Under the pieces are notes generated by a model. The model made no database searches and was not told the DNA's origin. It saw nothing but the letters and a program-made list of their open reading frames with translations. A program made the translations under genes and the position numbers. A DNA stretch of 64,000 nt from an uncultured Chitinophagaceae bacterium (lineage in GTDB: Bacteria > Bacteroidota > Bacteroidia > Chitinophagales > Chitinophagaceae), in contig CAVWGT010000002.1 in assembly GCA_963754585.1 (NCBI GenBank), positions 8,865-72,864 of the forward strand. Reading direction: 5' to 3'. Below, in pieces: positions 39,858 to 49,274 of this stretch. Every line of letters starts with the position of its first letter. The stretch's first letter is position 1.

Positions 39858-39977
39858 TTAAGGGTTAAAGCAGTCATTTTTGGCGCCATCAGCCGCTTTA
39901 CAGCTGGCAGCGTCTATTTTTAGAAGGTTTCTGAGAGCATTGGCACATTTTCAGCATCAAGCGCCCGGCAAAGGGTA

Positions 39978-40778
39978 CTATCTTGAAAGCCCCTTGCGAC
40001 GGGTCTGAGTTTCGTCCATTTTTTGTTCATGCTGTATAGCGGCTGCATCCTTGTTTTGGGCTGACTGCTGCTGGCTTTGGTGATTACTCACAGACGCTGA
40101 CTGCGATGCGCTTTGATGGGACTGGCGCATGCGGTGATGATTATTGTCATATAAAATGATGGCTTTAAACTGGGGATTGGCCTCAATAAAAACTTTCTGA
40201 CCCTCAGAGGGCCCCGACAGAGTCACCTGCTGACGGTTCCCTTTTTTAAGCGAGTCCAAAATCTTGATCCTTTCGTTTTGTATGCTGATTTCGTGAATTG
40301 GCAGCTTTTTTAAAGATTCGAATAGATCAAAACCGTAGTTGCGGCCGAACTGCAGAATTTTGAAGTTTCCGCTGGGCAGCGTATTTTTAAAATCCAGCTG
40401 CAGCCAGGCCTGGTAAAGTTTTCCCTGCTTAGTTGTCATGTCCTTATGCACCGAGCGTCCGTCAAGAAGGTTATAGGCCTCTTTCAAGGTAATATTAGAG
40501 CCTTCCCTTCCAATGTAAAAAGTCTGGGAAGGGCCTGTGCCCTGACCGTTTTTATTAAGAGACGCGTTGTAACTATTAAAAAAATACAGCTCACTTTGCA
40601 TGGATCTGCTAAAGACCAGACTAGCGGTCAGCTCATCTTTTCCATACTGAGCCTTATGCGTAAGCACAAACCTGTTTTTTTGTTTTGCCAGATTCTCAAT
40701 AAGCTGATCTGTCAGGTTTTCACCGAAGCCTGTGTATTTGAGCTGGGTTTGAAGGTAATCTAAGTTCCGTTGATTCAT
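39978..40778 (-). CDS. Conjugative-element paralog family, member 3 (266 aa; function unknown)
   Basis: MNQRNLDYLQTQLKYTGFGENL...AYNLLDGRSVHKDMTTKQGKLYQAWLQLDFKN...FIEANPQFKAIILYD is collinear with 42033-42824. Q/S-rich tail. Confidence 0.7.
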   Translation of the reverse strand: MNQRNLDYLQTQLKYTGFGENLTDQLIENLAKQKNRFVLTHKAQYGKDELTASLVFSRSMQSELYFFNSYNASLNKNGQGTGPSQTFYIGREGSNITLKEAYNLLDGRSVHKDMTTKQGKLYQAWLQLDFKNTLPSGNFKILQFGRNYGFDLFESLKKLPIHEISIQNERIKILDSLKKGNRQQVTLSGPSEGQKVFIEANPQFKAIILYDNNHHRMRQSHQSASQSASVSNHQSQQQSAQNKDAAAIQHEQKMDETQTRRKGLSR

Positions 40779-40933
40779 TGCAGCAGATAGTTAGCGTGAA
40801 AAGTTAAAAGGAGCCTGTTAAGTCAGCGGTTTTTAGGCGCAAACAAGGCCACAGGCCCAGCGCATGACGGAGTCGCATGCCTGTGACGATGCTGCGCTCC
40901 TGGGTAAGCTTTTTAATTTGACACTTTGGGCTG

Positions 40934-42001
40934 TTAGATTTTGACGCCGTTCTTTTTTGAATTTTGGCTGAGCTCCTGCTTTGGCGCCAGCGCGCGGATC
41001 TGCTCTTTGAGCGGCTTTTCGCCCAACGCCTCGCTGATACTGATCTTCTTGGCGTGCTCATCAAAGATGTTAACGGTCTTAAACTGAGGATTGGCCTCAA
41101 TAAAAAGGTTGAGCACCTGGTTGCCGCGCGTGATGCTTACCGGCTGGCGCTCGCCCCTTTGAAGGCCGGCCAGCAAATTCTGTTTGTTTTCATGCGACAG
41201 ATTCTGCTTTTGAAACAGCTTTTCAGTGGCCCTTTCCAGATCAAATCCATAATTATGCAAAAACTCCTTGATCTTGTGATTGCCGGTAGGGTCCTTGTCG
41301 GTGAAATCAAGTTGGACCCATTTCGCTTTTGGTGCTCCCGAAAGATCATAACTTTCCTTCATGACCGCTCTTCCGGCCAGAAGATTCTGGGCCTGTTCGG
41401 CCCTGATAGCATCTTTTGTATCGATGCTGAAAACCTGTGATACGATCTGGTTTGGATTCTTGGCATTCTGCAGCGAAGCCTGATACTGGTCAAACCGGTA
41501 GCTGCCGTCCTGCTGTTTGCTGAAGGAAAGCGTAAAATTCATTTTCTCGTTCTCATTGACATAGTGCGAAAGCGGAATTGAGAAATTTTTCTGCCCCTGG
41601 CTGATGTGCTGTGAAAGTTTATCTGAGACTTGTTCAAATCCATGCTTTTTGATCGCACCGGTCAGCTCGCTGAGATTATTGTCCTGTCTTTCATTGATCT
41701 GCTGCAAGATTTTCCGCTGCTCAAAAGGCTGCATGATAAAATGATACAGTTTGCGAAGCAGGCTCGGATAAAGCTGATCGTGCAATTCCATGCGCTGCCG
41801 GGCTAAAATTCTTAAAGTGATCTTTTCTTCTTCATTTGCGCTCTTTCCGTACTTGGCCTGCACGTGGTTGTAAAAGCTAAGTTTTTCCCTTAGAAAAGCC
41901 GGGTCTTTTAAAATAGAAGAAGAGAAGATTTTTTCAAAGCGCTCTTCGCGGGCCTTCCAGTCATTGAGCTCTATGGCCACTCTGTTAATGTTTGGATCCA
42001 T
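40934..42001 (-). CDS. Conjugative-element paralog family, member 2 (355 aa; distinct N-terminal half, homologous C-terminal half)
   Basis: The C-terminal half AQNLLAGRAVMKESYDLSGAPKAKWVQLDFTDKDPTGNHKIKEF...FIEANPQFKTVNIFD matches the other two members. Confidence 0.7.
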   Translation of the reverse strand: MDPNINRVAIELNDWKAREERFEKIFSSSILKDPAFLREKLSFYNHVQAKYGKSANEEEKITLRILARQRMELHDQLYPSLLRKLYHFIMQPFEQRKILQQINERQDNNLSELTGAIKKHGFEQVSDKLSQHISQGQKNFSIPLSHYVNENEKMNFTLSFSKQQDGSYRFDQYQASLQNAKNPNQIVSQVFSIDTKDAIRAEQAQNLLAGRAVMKESYDLSGAPKAKWVQLDFTDKDPTGNHKIKEFLHNYGFDLERATEKLFQKQNLSHENKQNLLAGLQRGERQPVSITRGNQVLNLFIEANPQFKTVNIFDEHAKKISISEALGEKPLKEQIRALAPKQELSQNSKKNGVKI

Positions 42002-42032
42002 GGCACTGCTTGTTTAAGATTTGTACTTAGGC

Positions 42033-42824
42033 TCAGATTCGTTTGCCGGTCCTTTTAGAAGGGCCGTCTTGCTCATCCGCTGCGACTTTCGGCTGCTGTT
42101 TTGCCGCCTGATTTTTTTCTGAGAGCTGCTGCGGGCTGCTTTCCTTTTCTGCCTGCCGTGGCCTGTCCAAAGTCAGACGCCGCTGATTTTGATCATAGGC
42201 AATGACCGCCTTAAACTGCGGTGCCGCCTGGATGAAAACTTTCTGATCACTCTCATTGTGCGATAGTGTTACGGCCTGGCGGTTCCCTCTGCCAAGCGAT
42301 TCAAGAAGACGTATTTTGTCTTTTTCATCTGCAAGCTCCTGGATTGGAAGTTTTGAAAGCGATTTTTCAAGGTCAAAGCCGTAGTTTTCGCTGAACTGTT
42401 TAAATTTAAAATTTCCATTTGCAGCGGTTTCTTTGAAATCAAGCTGCAGCCAGGCGTTATAAAGATTGCCTTCTTTGTTAACAAGGTCTTTATTGATCGC
42501 TCTGCCATCGAGCAGGTTATATGCCTCTTTCTGCGTGATGTTTCCTGCCTGCTGGTTGATATAGAAGGTTTGTTTAACAGCTTCTTTTTGGTTGTCTTTT
42601 TTCAAAGATGCCAAGTAGCTGTGGAAAAAATACATGTCGCTTTGGCCGGATTTTTTAAAATGCAGCGATACGCTTAATTCATCCTTGCCATACTGCGTGC
42701 TGTGTACCAATCGAAATTCAGACTGCGTTTTTGCCAGGTTTTCTTTCAAGGCAGCTTCCAAATCCTGGCCAAAGCCAGTGAATTTTACCTGATCTTTCAG
42801 GTATTCAAAATTCTTCTCGTTCAT
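42033..42824 (-). CDS. Conjugative-element paralog family, member 1 (263 aa)
   Basis: MNEKNFEYLKDQVKFTGFGQDL...AYNLLDGRAINKDLVNKEGNLYNAWLQLDFKE...FIQAAPQFKAVIAYD. Confidence 0.7.
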   Translation of the reverse strand: MNEKNFEYLKDQVKFTGFGQDLEAALKENLAKTQSEFRLVHSTQYGKDELSVSLHFKKSGQSDMYFFHSYLASLKKDNQKEAVKQTFYINQQAGNITQKEAYNLLDGRAINKDLVNKEGNLYNAWLQLDFKETAANGNFKFKQFSENYGFDLEKSLSKLPIQELADEKDKIRLLESLGRGNRQAVTLSHNESDQKVFIQAAPQFKAVIAYDQNQRRLTLDRPRQAEKESSPQQLSEKNQAAKQQPKVAADEQDGPSKRTGKRI

Positions 42825-42863
42825 GATCGTATTGGATTAACTGTTAACAATTGTGCTAATAGA

Positions 42864-43703
42864 TTAAAGTATTGGTTTGGCCCTGATGACTGCTTTGTTT
42901 TGCACCAGCAGCTGCAGATGGCGTCCGCCACTGTTTTCCATCAGCTGTATCGTCAGTTGTTTTGCATCGGGGATGGTAAATTTTGAAAGGGCAAAAACAA
43001 ATTCATGGGCCTGATGACCCTGAACCAGATTTGTATCATTCTGAACATACAAGGGGATAATCTCGGTCTGCTGTGTGGCGGCCCTTTTAACGCGCTTTTT
43101 ATCACTGATAAAAAACCGCAGACTCTCAATCCGGTATGAAATATTCGAGCGGTTATCAAGCTTTAAGCGGCAGAAAATCACTTCATTTTTGATGTAAAGC
43201 CCGCTGAGCGAAAGCCTGGTCTTATAAGAAGTATCTTTAATCCTACCTAAAACATTTTCGTCCTTACCCGCTTGCAGCGCGGTATTTCGAAGGAACGCTT
43301 CACTGGGCCCGTTCTCCAGCGTGGCATCCGCCTTTTGAGAAGAAGCTGCAGTTTTGATCAGTTCGATATTTAGCTGCAAAGGATCATTCAGGTAATCGAC
43401 CACAAATGAATACAGTTTTCCGTCCGAGGTGATAACAGTCAGGTTGGTCTGCTCAAAGTCTTTGAAAGCCGCTTTTACCTGCAAAATATTTTCAACGCCC
43501 CTGGCTTTCTGGGCGAGCACCGCCCGGCTTCCTTTGTCCACGCTTTTTACGGCGTAAGGGAAAATCAGATTAACGGTTTTGTTGTAGGTAATCTGCAGCG
43601 GCAATGGCTCTATGATAAAAAGCGCTGCATCCTGGGCGTTTGCTTGTGCACTGATCGCTGCAAGAAACACTGTGATTAAATTTGCAAATAGGCTGTTTTT
43701 CAT
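42864..43703 (-). CDS. traN: Conjugative transposon protein TraN
   Basis: Signal peptide, then LQITYNKTVNLIFPYAVKSVDKGSRAVLAQKA...NLTVITSDGKLYSFVVDY. Position after traM. Confidence 0.8.
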   Translation of the reverse strand: MKNSLFANLITVFLAAISAQANAQDAALFIIEPLPLQITYNKTVNLIFPYAVKSVDKGSRAVLAQKARGVENILQVKAAFKDFEQTNLTVITSDGKLYSFVVDYLNDPLQLNIELIKTAASSQKADATLENGPSEAFLRNTALQAGKDENVLGRIKDTSYKTRLSLSGLYIKNEVIFCRLKLDNRSNISYRIESLRFFISDKKRVKRAATQQTEIIPLYVQNDTNLVQGHQAHEFVFALSKFTIPDAKQLTIQLMENSGGRHLQLLVQNKAVIRAKPIL

Positions 43704-43738
43704 GATCTTACTATTTTTATTTTTCGCGGGAGTTTGTT

Positions 43739-45061
43739 TCAGATTGGTTTTAAGTTGGCATCTTTCAGAAGGATCTGGTAGCCAGCCTTGATTGAAACCT
43801 GCACTAGTCTGGCTTTTTTCCCAAGCAAAGTTTTGGCCGCCTGAATACCGGCGCTTGCCGCCTGAGCGCCCAGGGATGGATCAATCGATCCCAAAGACAA
43901 TCCTTGAACATCCTGGCTGATTGACTGCTTGGCAACGTTTCTTGAAATTGAGCCGGGAATGTAAATGCCTGGCTGTCCGTCCAGATCATATACGGAAAGC
44001 TTGACAGGAAATAGTGAGTTGTTCAGCCGGATAGAGGCAATATCAACCATCAGCCGCTCACCATTCACCGAAACAGTTCCATAAACAAAACTATCTTTGG
44101 GGATCAGTGTTTCTGCGATGTAAATATCACAGGTGAGTCTGAGCTTGATCGTTGAGCCGCTTACAAGGGTCTGCTCCTGATGCACCACTGCTTTGATAGC
44201 ATTATCCGTACTGGCAATGGCAGTCTCATCAAGCGAGAAAAACCCGTTGGTTTGAAAGCTGATTGCAGAAAGCGGGCTATTTACTGTATCGGATACTGGC
44301 GCTCCAAAACCCGTTATAGGCGTCTTCTGCTGTGCGCCTGATACAGTATACGATGTGTCCTTTGCTCCTTCGTTTTGGATTCTACTGGCAACACGATCCG
44401 GGTGCTGAATATCGAGAATTTTTTCGAGCATGCTGTTTAATTGCTGCAGCTCTGGATCCTGTGGGTCCGCGCTACCTTTGTCTTCCAGGCTGGTCATTAG
44501 TGATTCCATCTTTTGAAGATCCTGATCGGCTGGTGTGAGAACAGCTTTATTTGGCTGCGTGGGATTTGCTGGCGGCTCATGGAATTTGGGTTCTGAGCTG
44601 CTGGCAAGGATAGAATCAAGCGTTTTTAGCTTACTGATGACATGTGTCTGTTGAGCACCTGCGTATGTTTTACCTTTGTAGAAGACAGGTTTGTGTTTTT
44701 TAAGGCCGCTTTGCGGCGCACCAAGTCCCTGCATGGCGGGTGTTGGTGCTGTTTGGTCCGACTGGGCTAGCTCTGAGCTTCGGTAGGGATCCTTTTTAAG
44801 CTGCTCGCGGATTTTAGCTGAATCATCTGTTGCCTTTTTATAGTAGGTAAGCTTACTATAATCAGATTCGTCTTTTAACTTTGGATCCGGAAGGCTTGTG
44901 TTCAAACCCTGGGGCTGCGCTTGAGCCACCTGATGTTTGTAGATAATTTTGATGCCAACGGCCCAGTAGGCCAGCGTAAGAAAAGGCAGAATCAATACAG
45001 GTAGAAAGGTGTAAAGCTTTCTGTTCTGTACAAATGAGGCGGACTGTGTTTTTGCTTCCAT
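43739..45061 (-). CDS. traM: Conjugative transposon protein TraM
   Basis: N-terminal TM, a low-complexity linker, and C-terminal IKLRLTCDIYIAETLIPKDSFVYGTVSVNGERLMVDIASIRLNNSLFPVKLSVYDLDGQPGIYIPG. Confidence 0.8.
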   Translation of the reverse strand: MEAKTQSASFVQNRKLYTFLPVLILPFLTLAYWAVGIKIIYKHQVAQAQPQGLNTSLPDPKLKDESDYSKLTYYKKATDDSAKIREQLKKDPYRSSELAQSDQTAPTPAMQGLGAPQSGLKKHKPVFYKGKTYAGAQQTHVISKLKTLDSILASSSEPKFHEPPANPTQPNKAVLTPADQDLQKMESLMTSLEDKGSADPQDPELQQLNSMLEKILDIQHPDRVASRIQNEGAKDTSYTVSGAQQKTPITGFGAPVSDTVNSPLSAISFQTNGFFSLDETAIASTDNAIKAVVHQEQTLVSGSTIKLRLTCDIYIAETLIPKDSFVYGTVSVNGERLMVDIASIRLNNSLFPVKLSVYDLDGQPGIYIPGSISRNVAKQSISQDVQGLSLGSIDPSLGAQAASAGIQAAKTLLGKKARLVQVSIKAGYQILLKDANLKPI

Positions 45062-45063
45062 CG

Positions 45064-45462
45064 TTATTTTTGGTTTTGGTTGAACTGATCCAAACTGTCT
45101 TTTATCACAGCATTATCCAGGCTGTCCAAATACAGGCTAAGTTTATTTTTGGCCCGCAGTTGCTCTTTAATTCCGTAGGGATCAAATGGGAATATGTGCT
45201 GGGTCCGGATATTGGCCAGGGGCCTGTTAGAGGAAATTAACCCATCGCAAATCAGGTAAACCGAGTAGCCGGTGCTTACGCTGATGACTGTTATGCAGAG
45301 TGCTTTCAGCCAATGGTAGCCTAGTTTTTCGGCTCCTGCACTCATAAGATTGGCCCAACTGCGTTGCATGAAGATTAGCTTTTGGTAAATCTTTCTGGCC
45401 AGTCTATAGTCGGAGGTTTCTACGGGTTTTCTGGCGCGGTGCGCATTGAATCTGTAAAACAT
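45064..45462 (-). CDS. Small membrane protein in the TraL position
   Basis: 132 aa with one TM (LKALCITVISVSTGYSVYLICDGLI). Tightly packed between traK and traM. Confidence 0.5.
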   Translation of the reverse strand: MFYRFNAHRARKPVETSDYRLARKIYQKLIFMQRSWANLMSAGAEKLGYHWLKALCITVISVSTGYSVYLICDGLISSNRPLANIRTQHIFPFDPYGIKEQLRAKNKLSLYLDSLDNAVIKDSLDQFNQNQK

Positions 45463-45506
45463 AGACGTTTTGGTTTTGGTGACTTAAAATGTTGATTTTG
45501 ATCTTA

Positions 45507-46124
45507 TCAGCGGTTTTGAACGCCGATATCTTTGTTTTCAACAGTGATCCATTTTTCGATTAGAAAGCCGTGCGGATTGTTTTCAGATCTTGAAACGGTG
45601 CGAAGTGAGCCTTGCGTAATAAGTCTTCGGGTGACAATACTCGTTGGCCGGATGATGCGCTGCTGGGCGCTGCATTGAAAGGTGAATGGATAGCTTTCGG
45701 TCCTTACTTTAATGCTGTCGATGATCAGCTGCTGGCTTATGTTCCCTGATATTATGCCGGTATAATAGCCTGATTCACGCAGGTCGTCATACTGCTTTTT
45801 AGCTGAACCATCGGCCAGATACAAAGCCCTGGCTAGGCTTGATTGGATGGCCTTGTCGTCGGGATCCAGTGTAAAAAAAAGCCTGTGAAAATTAGCGATG
45901 TGATCTTTGGCTTCTACCGGTATGTTTTCACTTCTGGGTGAGGCGTAAGCTTCCAGGATTTTTCCTGATTCCAGGATATAAACTCTGGACTGGGCGGCTT
46001 CTATACTTTTTAGACTTTTGAAAAGTGTGAAGCAGCACAAGACCCCTGAGCTGATAAGTGTCACAAATGTGAAGGTCCTGATATGCTTAAAAGCCGTGTC
46101 GATGTTTTTTGCTTTTTGAAACAT
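45507..46124 (-). CDS. traK: Conjugative transposon protein TraK
   Basis: Near-collinear with CTnDOT-type TraK as I remember it: NIDTAFKHIRTF...IPVEAKDHIANFHRLFFTLDPDDKAI...ALYLADGSAKKQYDDLRESGYY...NNPHGFLIEKW. Confidence 0.9.
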   Translation of the reverse strand: MFQKAKNIDTAFKHIRTFTFVTLISSGVLCCFTLFKSLKSIEAAQSRVYILESGKILEAYASPRSENIPVEAKDHIANFHRLFFTLDPDDKAIQSSLARALYLADGSAKKQYDDLRESGYYTGIISGNISQQLIIDSIKVRTESYPFTFQCSAQQRIIRPTSIVTRRLITQGSLRTVSRSENNPHGFLIEKWITVENKDIGVQNR

Positions 46125-46168
46125 GGCATATATTGATTAATAGACAGCTTGTCCGTTAAAAATTTTAG

Positions 46169-47282
46169 CTATTTGCCCGCAGCCTTCTCAGGCTTTTGCG
46201 GCAGTCTTCCAAAGCCGCCACCTGCCGGAAAAGCGTAGTTCCCCACACTCATGGCAGTATTGGCAAAAAGTGAGGTGACTTTTTGAAGCAGCGTATTTTG
46301 ACCTCCTGCCTGAATGATGTAACCTGCGACCGAAGGGACCGAGAAGTAGCCAACAATGCCAATAATTAAAAAAATCAGGTAGGCCATATCGTGGGCATTA
46401 AAAAATGTATCTCCGTTTTCCTGCACCTGCCGGATGTCCAAGAGCGATCATTTTTTCCTGGATTTTTCCGATGATCGCCCCGAAAATATTGGCGACCGGA
46501 AGCCACAGGTAGATGTTGATATAGCGCGCAATCCAGGCAGTCAACGTGTGCTGAAACCCGTCAAAGACTGCAATGCCAAAAGCAATCGGACCGATCACAG
46601 CCAGCACGATCAGATGAAAAGTGCGGATCGTGTTGATGCAAAGCGCCGCTGATTCAAAAACCACTCTGAGCACCTCGCTAAGTGCGGCCTTGATCGAGTT
46701 TCTGAAATTGTAGCTCTGCTTGGCCATGTAAAATTTGATATCATTGGAAATCCCGTCGGTGAATCCTTCCGAGTAGCCATCCCCATAGGTATATTTCAGC
46801 CACTTTTCACGGGATCCTTTCTGATCATCACCCACATACATCTCCCAGAACTTAGAAGATTTGACTGCATCCTCCTTCTTTTTTAAAAGAAGCGCGATCG
46901 CTTTGTCTGAATCCTGTACCATGCCCGAGGTGCCGCGCACGGTAGGAGAGAGCACCGCATTTAAAAGTGCGATCACCGAAGGGAAAATAAAGATGGCAAA
47001 GCCCAGCACGAAAGGTCGGAAAAGCGGATAGAAATCAATGGGCTCAGCACTGGCAAGATGCCGCCAGACCCGCGATGCGATATAAAAGATCGCTGCAAAA
47101 CCTGCAATGCCGCGCCCGACACTGATTAGCTTGGCGCACAGTGGCAGCATCTCCGAATACAGCGTATCAAGGACTCCGTTCAGCCCGCGGACCTGCTCTG
47201 AAAATCCCTGTGCCTGGCACAGACTGGGCAAAAAGGCAGCTGCGGCCACATAACATGTGACCTTTAAAAACCTTGTTTTCAT
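46169..47282 (-). CDS. traJ: Conjugative transposon protein TraJ, with one frame change near 46420
   Basis: LYSEMLPLCAKLISVGRGIAGFAAIFYIASRVW...IRTFHLIVLAVIGPIAFGIAVFDGFQHTLTAWIARYINIYLWLPVANIF, then in another frame AYLIFLIIGIVGYFSVPSVAGYIIQAGG. Confidence 0.85.
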
Positions 47283-47294
47283 TGCGTTTAACGA

Positions 47295-47923
47295 TTAGGG
47301 TTGAAGCTCGTAGAGTTCTTGCAACATTTTTGTATCGGAAAGCTCGTTTTCTCTCTGCGCTGCCAGCACTGAGGCGCTTGCTGTTAAAATGCCGAAGAAA
47401 TGAAAGCTGATCTGTCATCTCCTCGTAAAGCTGATCAATCGCCGAGAGCCTTTCATCATCTGAGGCTCTTAGCTTTTTAGCAGTCAGCAACCATGGTCAG
47501 CGCGTCCAGGTTTTTCAGACTGGCAGCTGCGAGCTTTTCATAAACTTTGCCGATGTACTCAAGCTCATCTTTTGAAAACTGGCCAGAAGAAGAAAACCGC
47601 TGCTGCGCCTGGCAGCTTCCTTAATGATCGCAAGCTGCGCCTGGACGATGTCTTTGACGCGGGCATAATTTTTAACGGCCGGGCTCACCTGCAAAAGCCC
47701 GTCCAGAAAAGCCTCGTGCAGCTTGAAGTTTCCTTCGGAAAGATCTTTGATGGTGCTGTATCCTTTAAAAAGGATCTCATAACCGGCTTTAAGTTCTTTT
47801 AGGATTTTTCGAAGCTGGTTAAGCTTTTCAATGTTGAGCACCAGTTGGGTTACTTCGGCGGTCTGCGCTTTGGCCTGTGGGGTAAATACGGCCAGAGCAA
47901 AAAAAATGATTAGTCTTTTTCAT
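47295..47923 (-). CDS. Secreted coiled-coil protein, tandem paralog A (TraH/TraI position), with several frame changes
   Basis: The ATG at 47923 is followed by a shift in an A-run. LIIFFALAVFTPQAKAQ signal, LNIEKLNQLRKILKELKAGYEILFKGYSTIKDLSEGNFKLHEAF, and the C-terminus ...MLQELYELQP*. Confidence 0.55.
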
Positions 47924-47930
47924 TGTGCCT

Positions 47931-48573
47931 TTAATTTATACCGTGAATGTTTTTTTCTGTACTGATCTGGTACTGCTCGCTTTTGATCTGGGCAGCCAGA
48001 AGCCTGGTTCTTTGATCGAAGTTTTTTACAAAGCTGTAATTGTCCTGCATCTGCTGAAAGCACAGCTCGATTCTTTCAATCCGCTCATCGTCAGTCATGG
48101 AAAGATTGCCATCTCGTATGACAAGAAATAGGTTTGATAATACCGATTGACAGTCATCATAGACAAGCTTTAAAACGCTTTTGATATATTCCATCTGAGC
48201 CGCGTTAAAAGAAAGCGAAAGCCCAGAGGGTAAATCCTTGCAGGTCTTGTTTATCCGGCCGTGAAGATCAGTGATCTGCTTGCAGCCGGCTGGATGATCC
48301 GATCTTTGGATTTACGATCAGAAGCGAATCGAAGCGGTTTTTATGAAGTTTGAATTCACCGCGCTTGATCTGACCAATAGTAGTAAGACCTTCCTTGGCG
48401 ATTTTATAGCCTTTTTCGGTGAGCTCCAGATAAATTTTAAGCTGGGCGATCTGCTCGATCAGATACTCTTTCTGGGTTTTGTTCTGTGAAGCCATTCTTT
48501 GAGCTTCTGGCAAAAGGAAAGATTTGACAGAAGCAGGCAAGCGAAAACAAATAATAATCCTCTTTTTCATCAC
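47931..48573 (-). CDS. Secreted coiled-coil protein, tandem paralog B, with frame change(s)
   Basis: MMKKRIIICF..., EYLIEQIAQLKIYLELTEKGYKIAKEGLTTIGQIKRGEFKLHKNRF parallels paralog A. Second half LSMTDDERIERIELCFQQMQ... Confidence 0.55.
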
Positions 48574-48582
48574 TTGCGTTAT

Positions 48583-49262
48583 TTACTGAATTCCGTAAAG
48601 CTCTTTGACCACCTTGGCATCAAACTCGCTGTTTGCGCGCGAAAGGCTTAAAACCTTGTTTTCATGATTAAAACTGCTTAGCTCATCGTAGACTTTATCG
48701 ACCTGGGTAGCTGACCGGCTCAATGATTTCAAGACGCTTTGCATCAGACATCTGGGTTGAAAACGATTTGACTACCAGGGTCAGAAGGTCTACGTTTTTA
48801 GAAGTTTCATCCAGCATCCCTTCGTAGACCTTTTGCATGTAATAAAGCTCGGCAGCTGTGAAGTGCTTATCCTTTTGAAACAGGTTCCAGGCTTTTTGAT
48901 ACTCGTCCAGGATCAGTACCTGTTTCTGGGCGATTTCTTTGACTCTGAAATAGTAGGCGATCACCGCTTTGACTTTTTTAAGCTCATCGTAATACTCCTT
49001 GTACAGATCCCGCTGCTTTTTGACCCAGTCGGTGATCTGATCCAGTTTTAATTTCGCCATCGTATTTTCCAGCTGCTTTCTGCGCATTCTGGAGTTTGAT
49101 GACCGCATTTTGTCTTCTTTGAATCAGAAGATCAACAGCTTTGACCACCCGCTTGATCGCCTCTTTAATGATCTGCGCCCAGGGAATGGCCGCCTGGGCG
49201 CTGCCAGCCGGCGCGATGGTGGCAAAAGACACCATCACAATGAATAGGATTCTTTTTGACAT
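48583..49262 (-). CDS. Secreted coiled-coil protein, tandem paralog C (more divergent), with frame changes
   Basis: MSKRILFIVMVSFATIAPAGSAQA signal, coiled-coil body, and the C-terminus ...VVKELYGIQ* in a third frame, parallel to the ends of A and B. Confidence 0.5.
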
Positions 49263-49274
49263 GGTTGACAGGTT

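Noticed and set aside
40779-40933. GC-rich imperfect inverted repeats (CACAGGC...GCCTGTG with an inner GCATGAC/GTCGCATGC) between paralogs 2 and 3, considered as oriT.
   Set aside because: The stems are short and imperfect. The location is between cargo-like paralogs rather than next to mobA/relaxase. I cannot distinguish this from an ordinary intergenic terminator.
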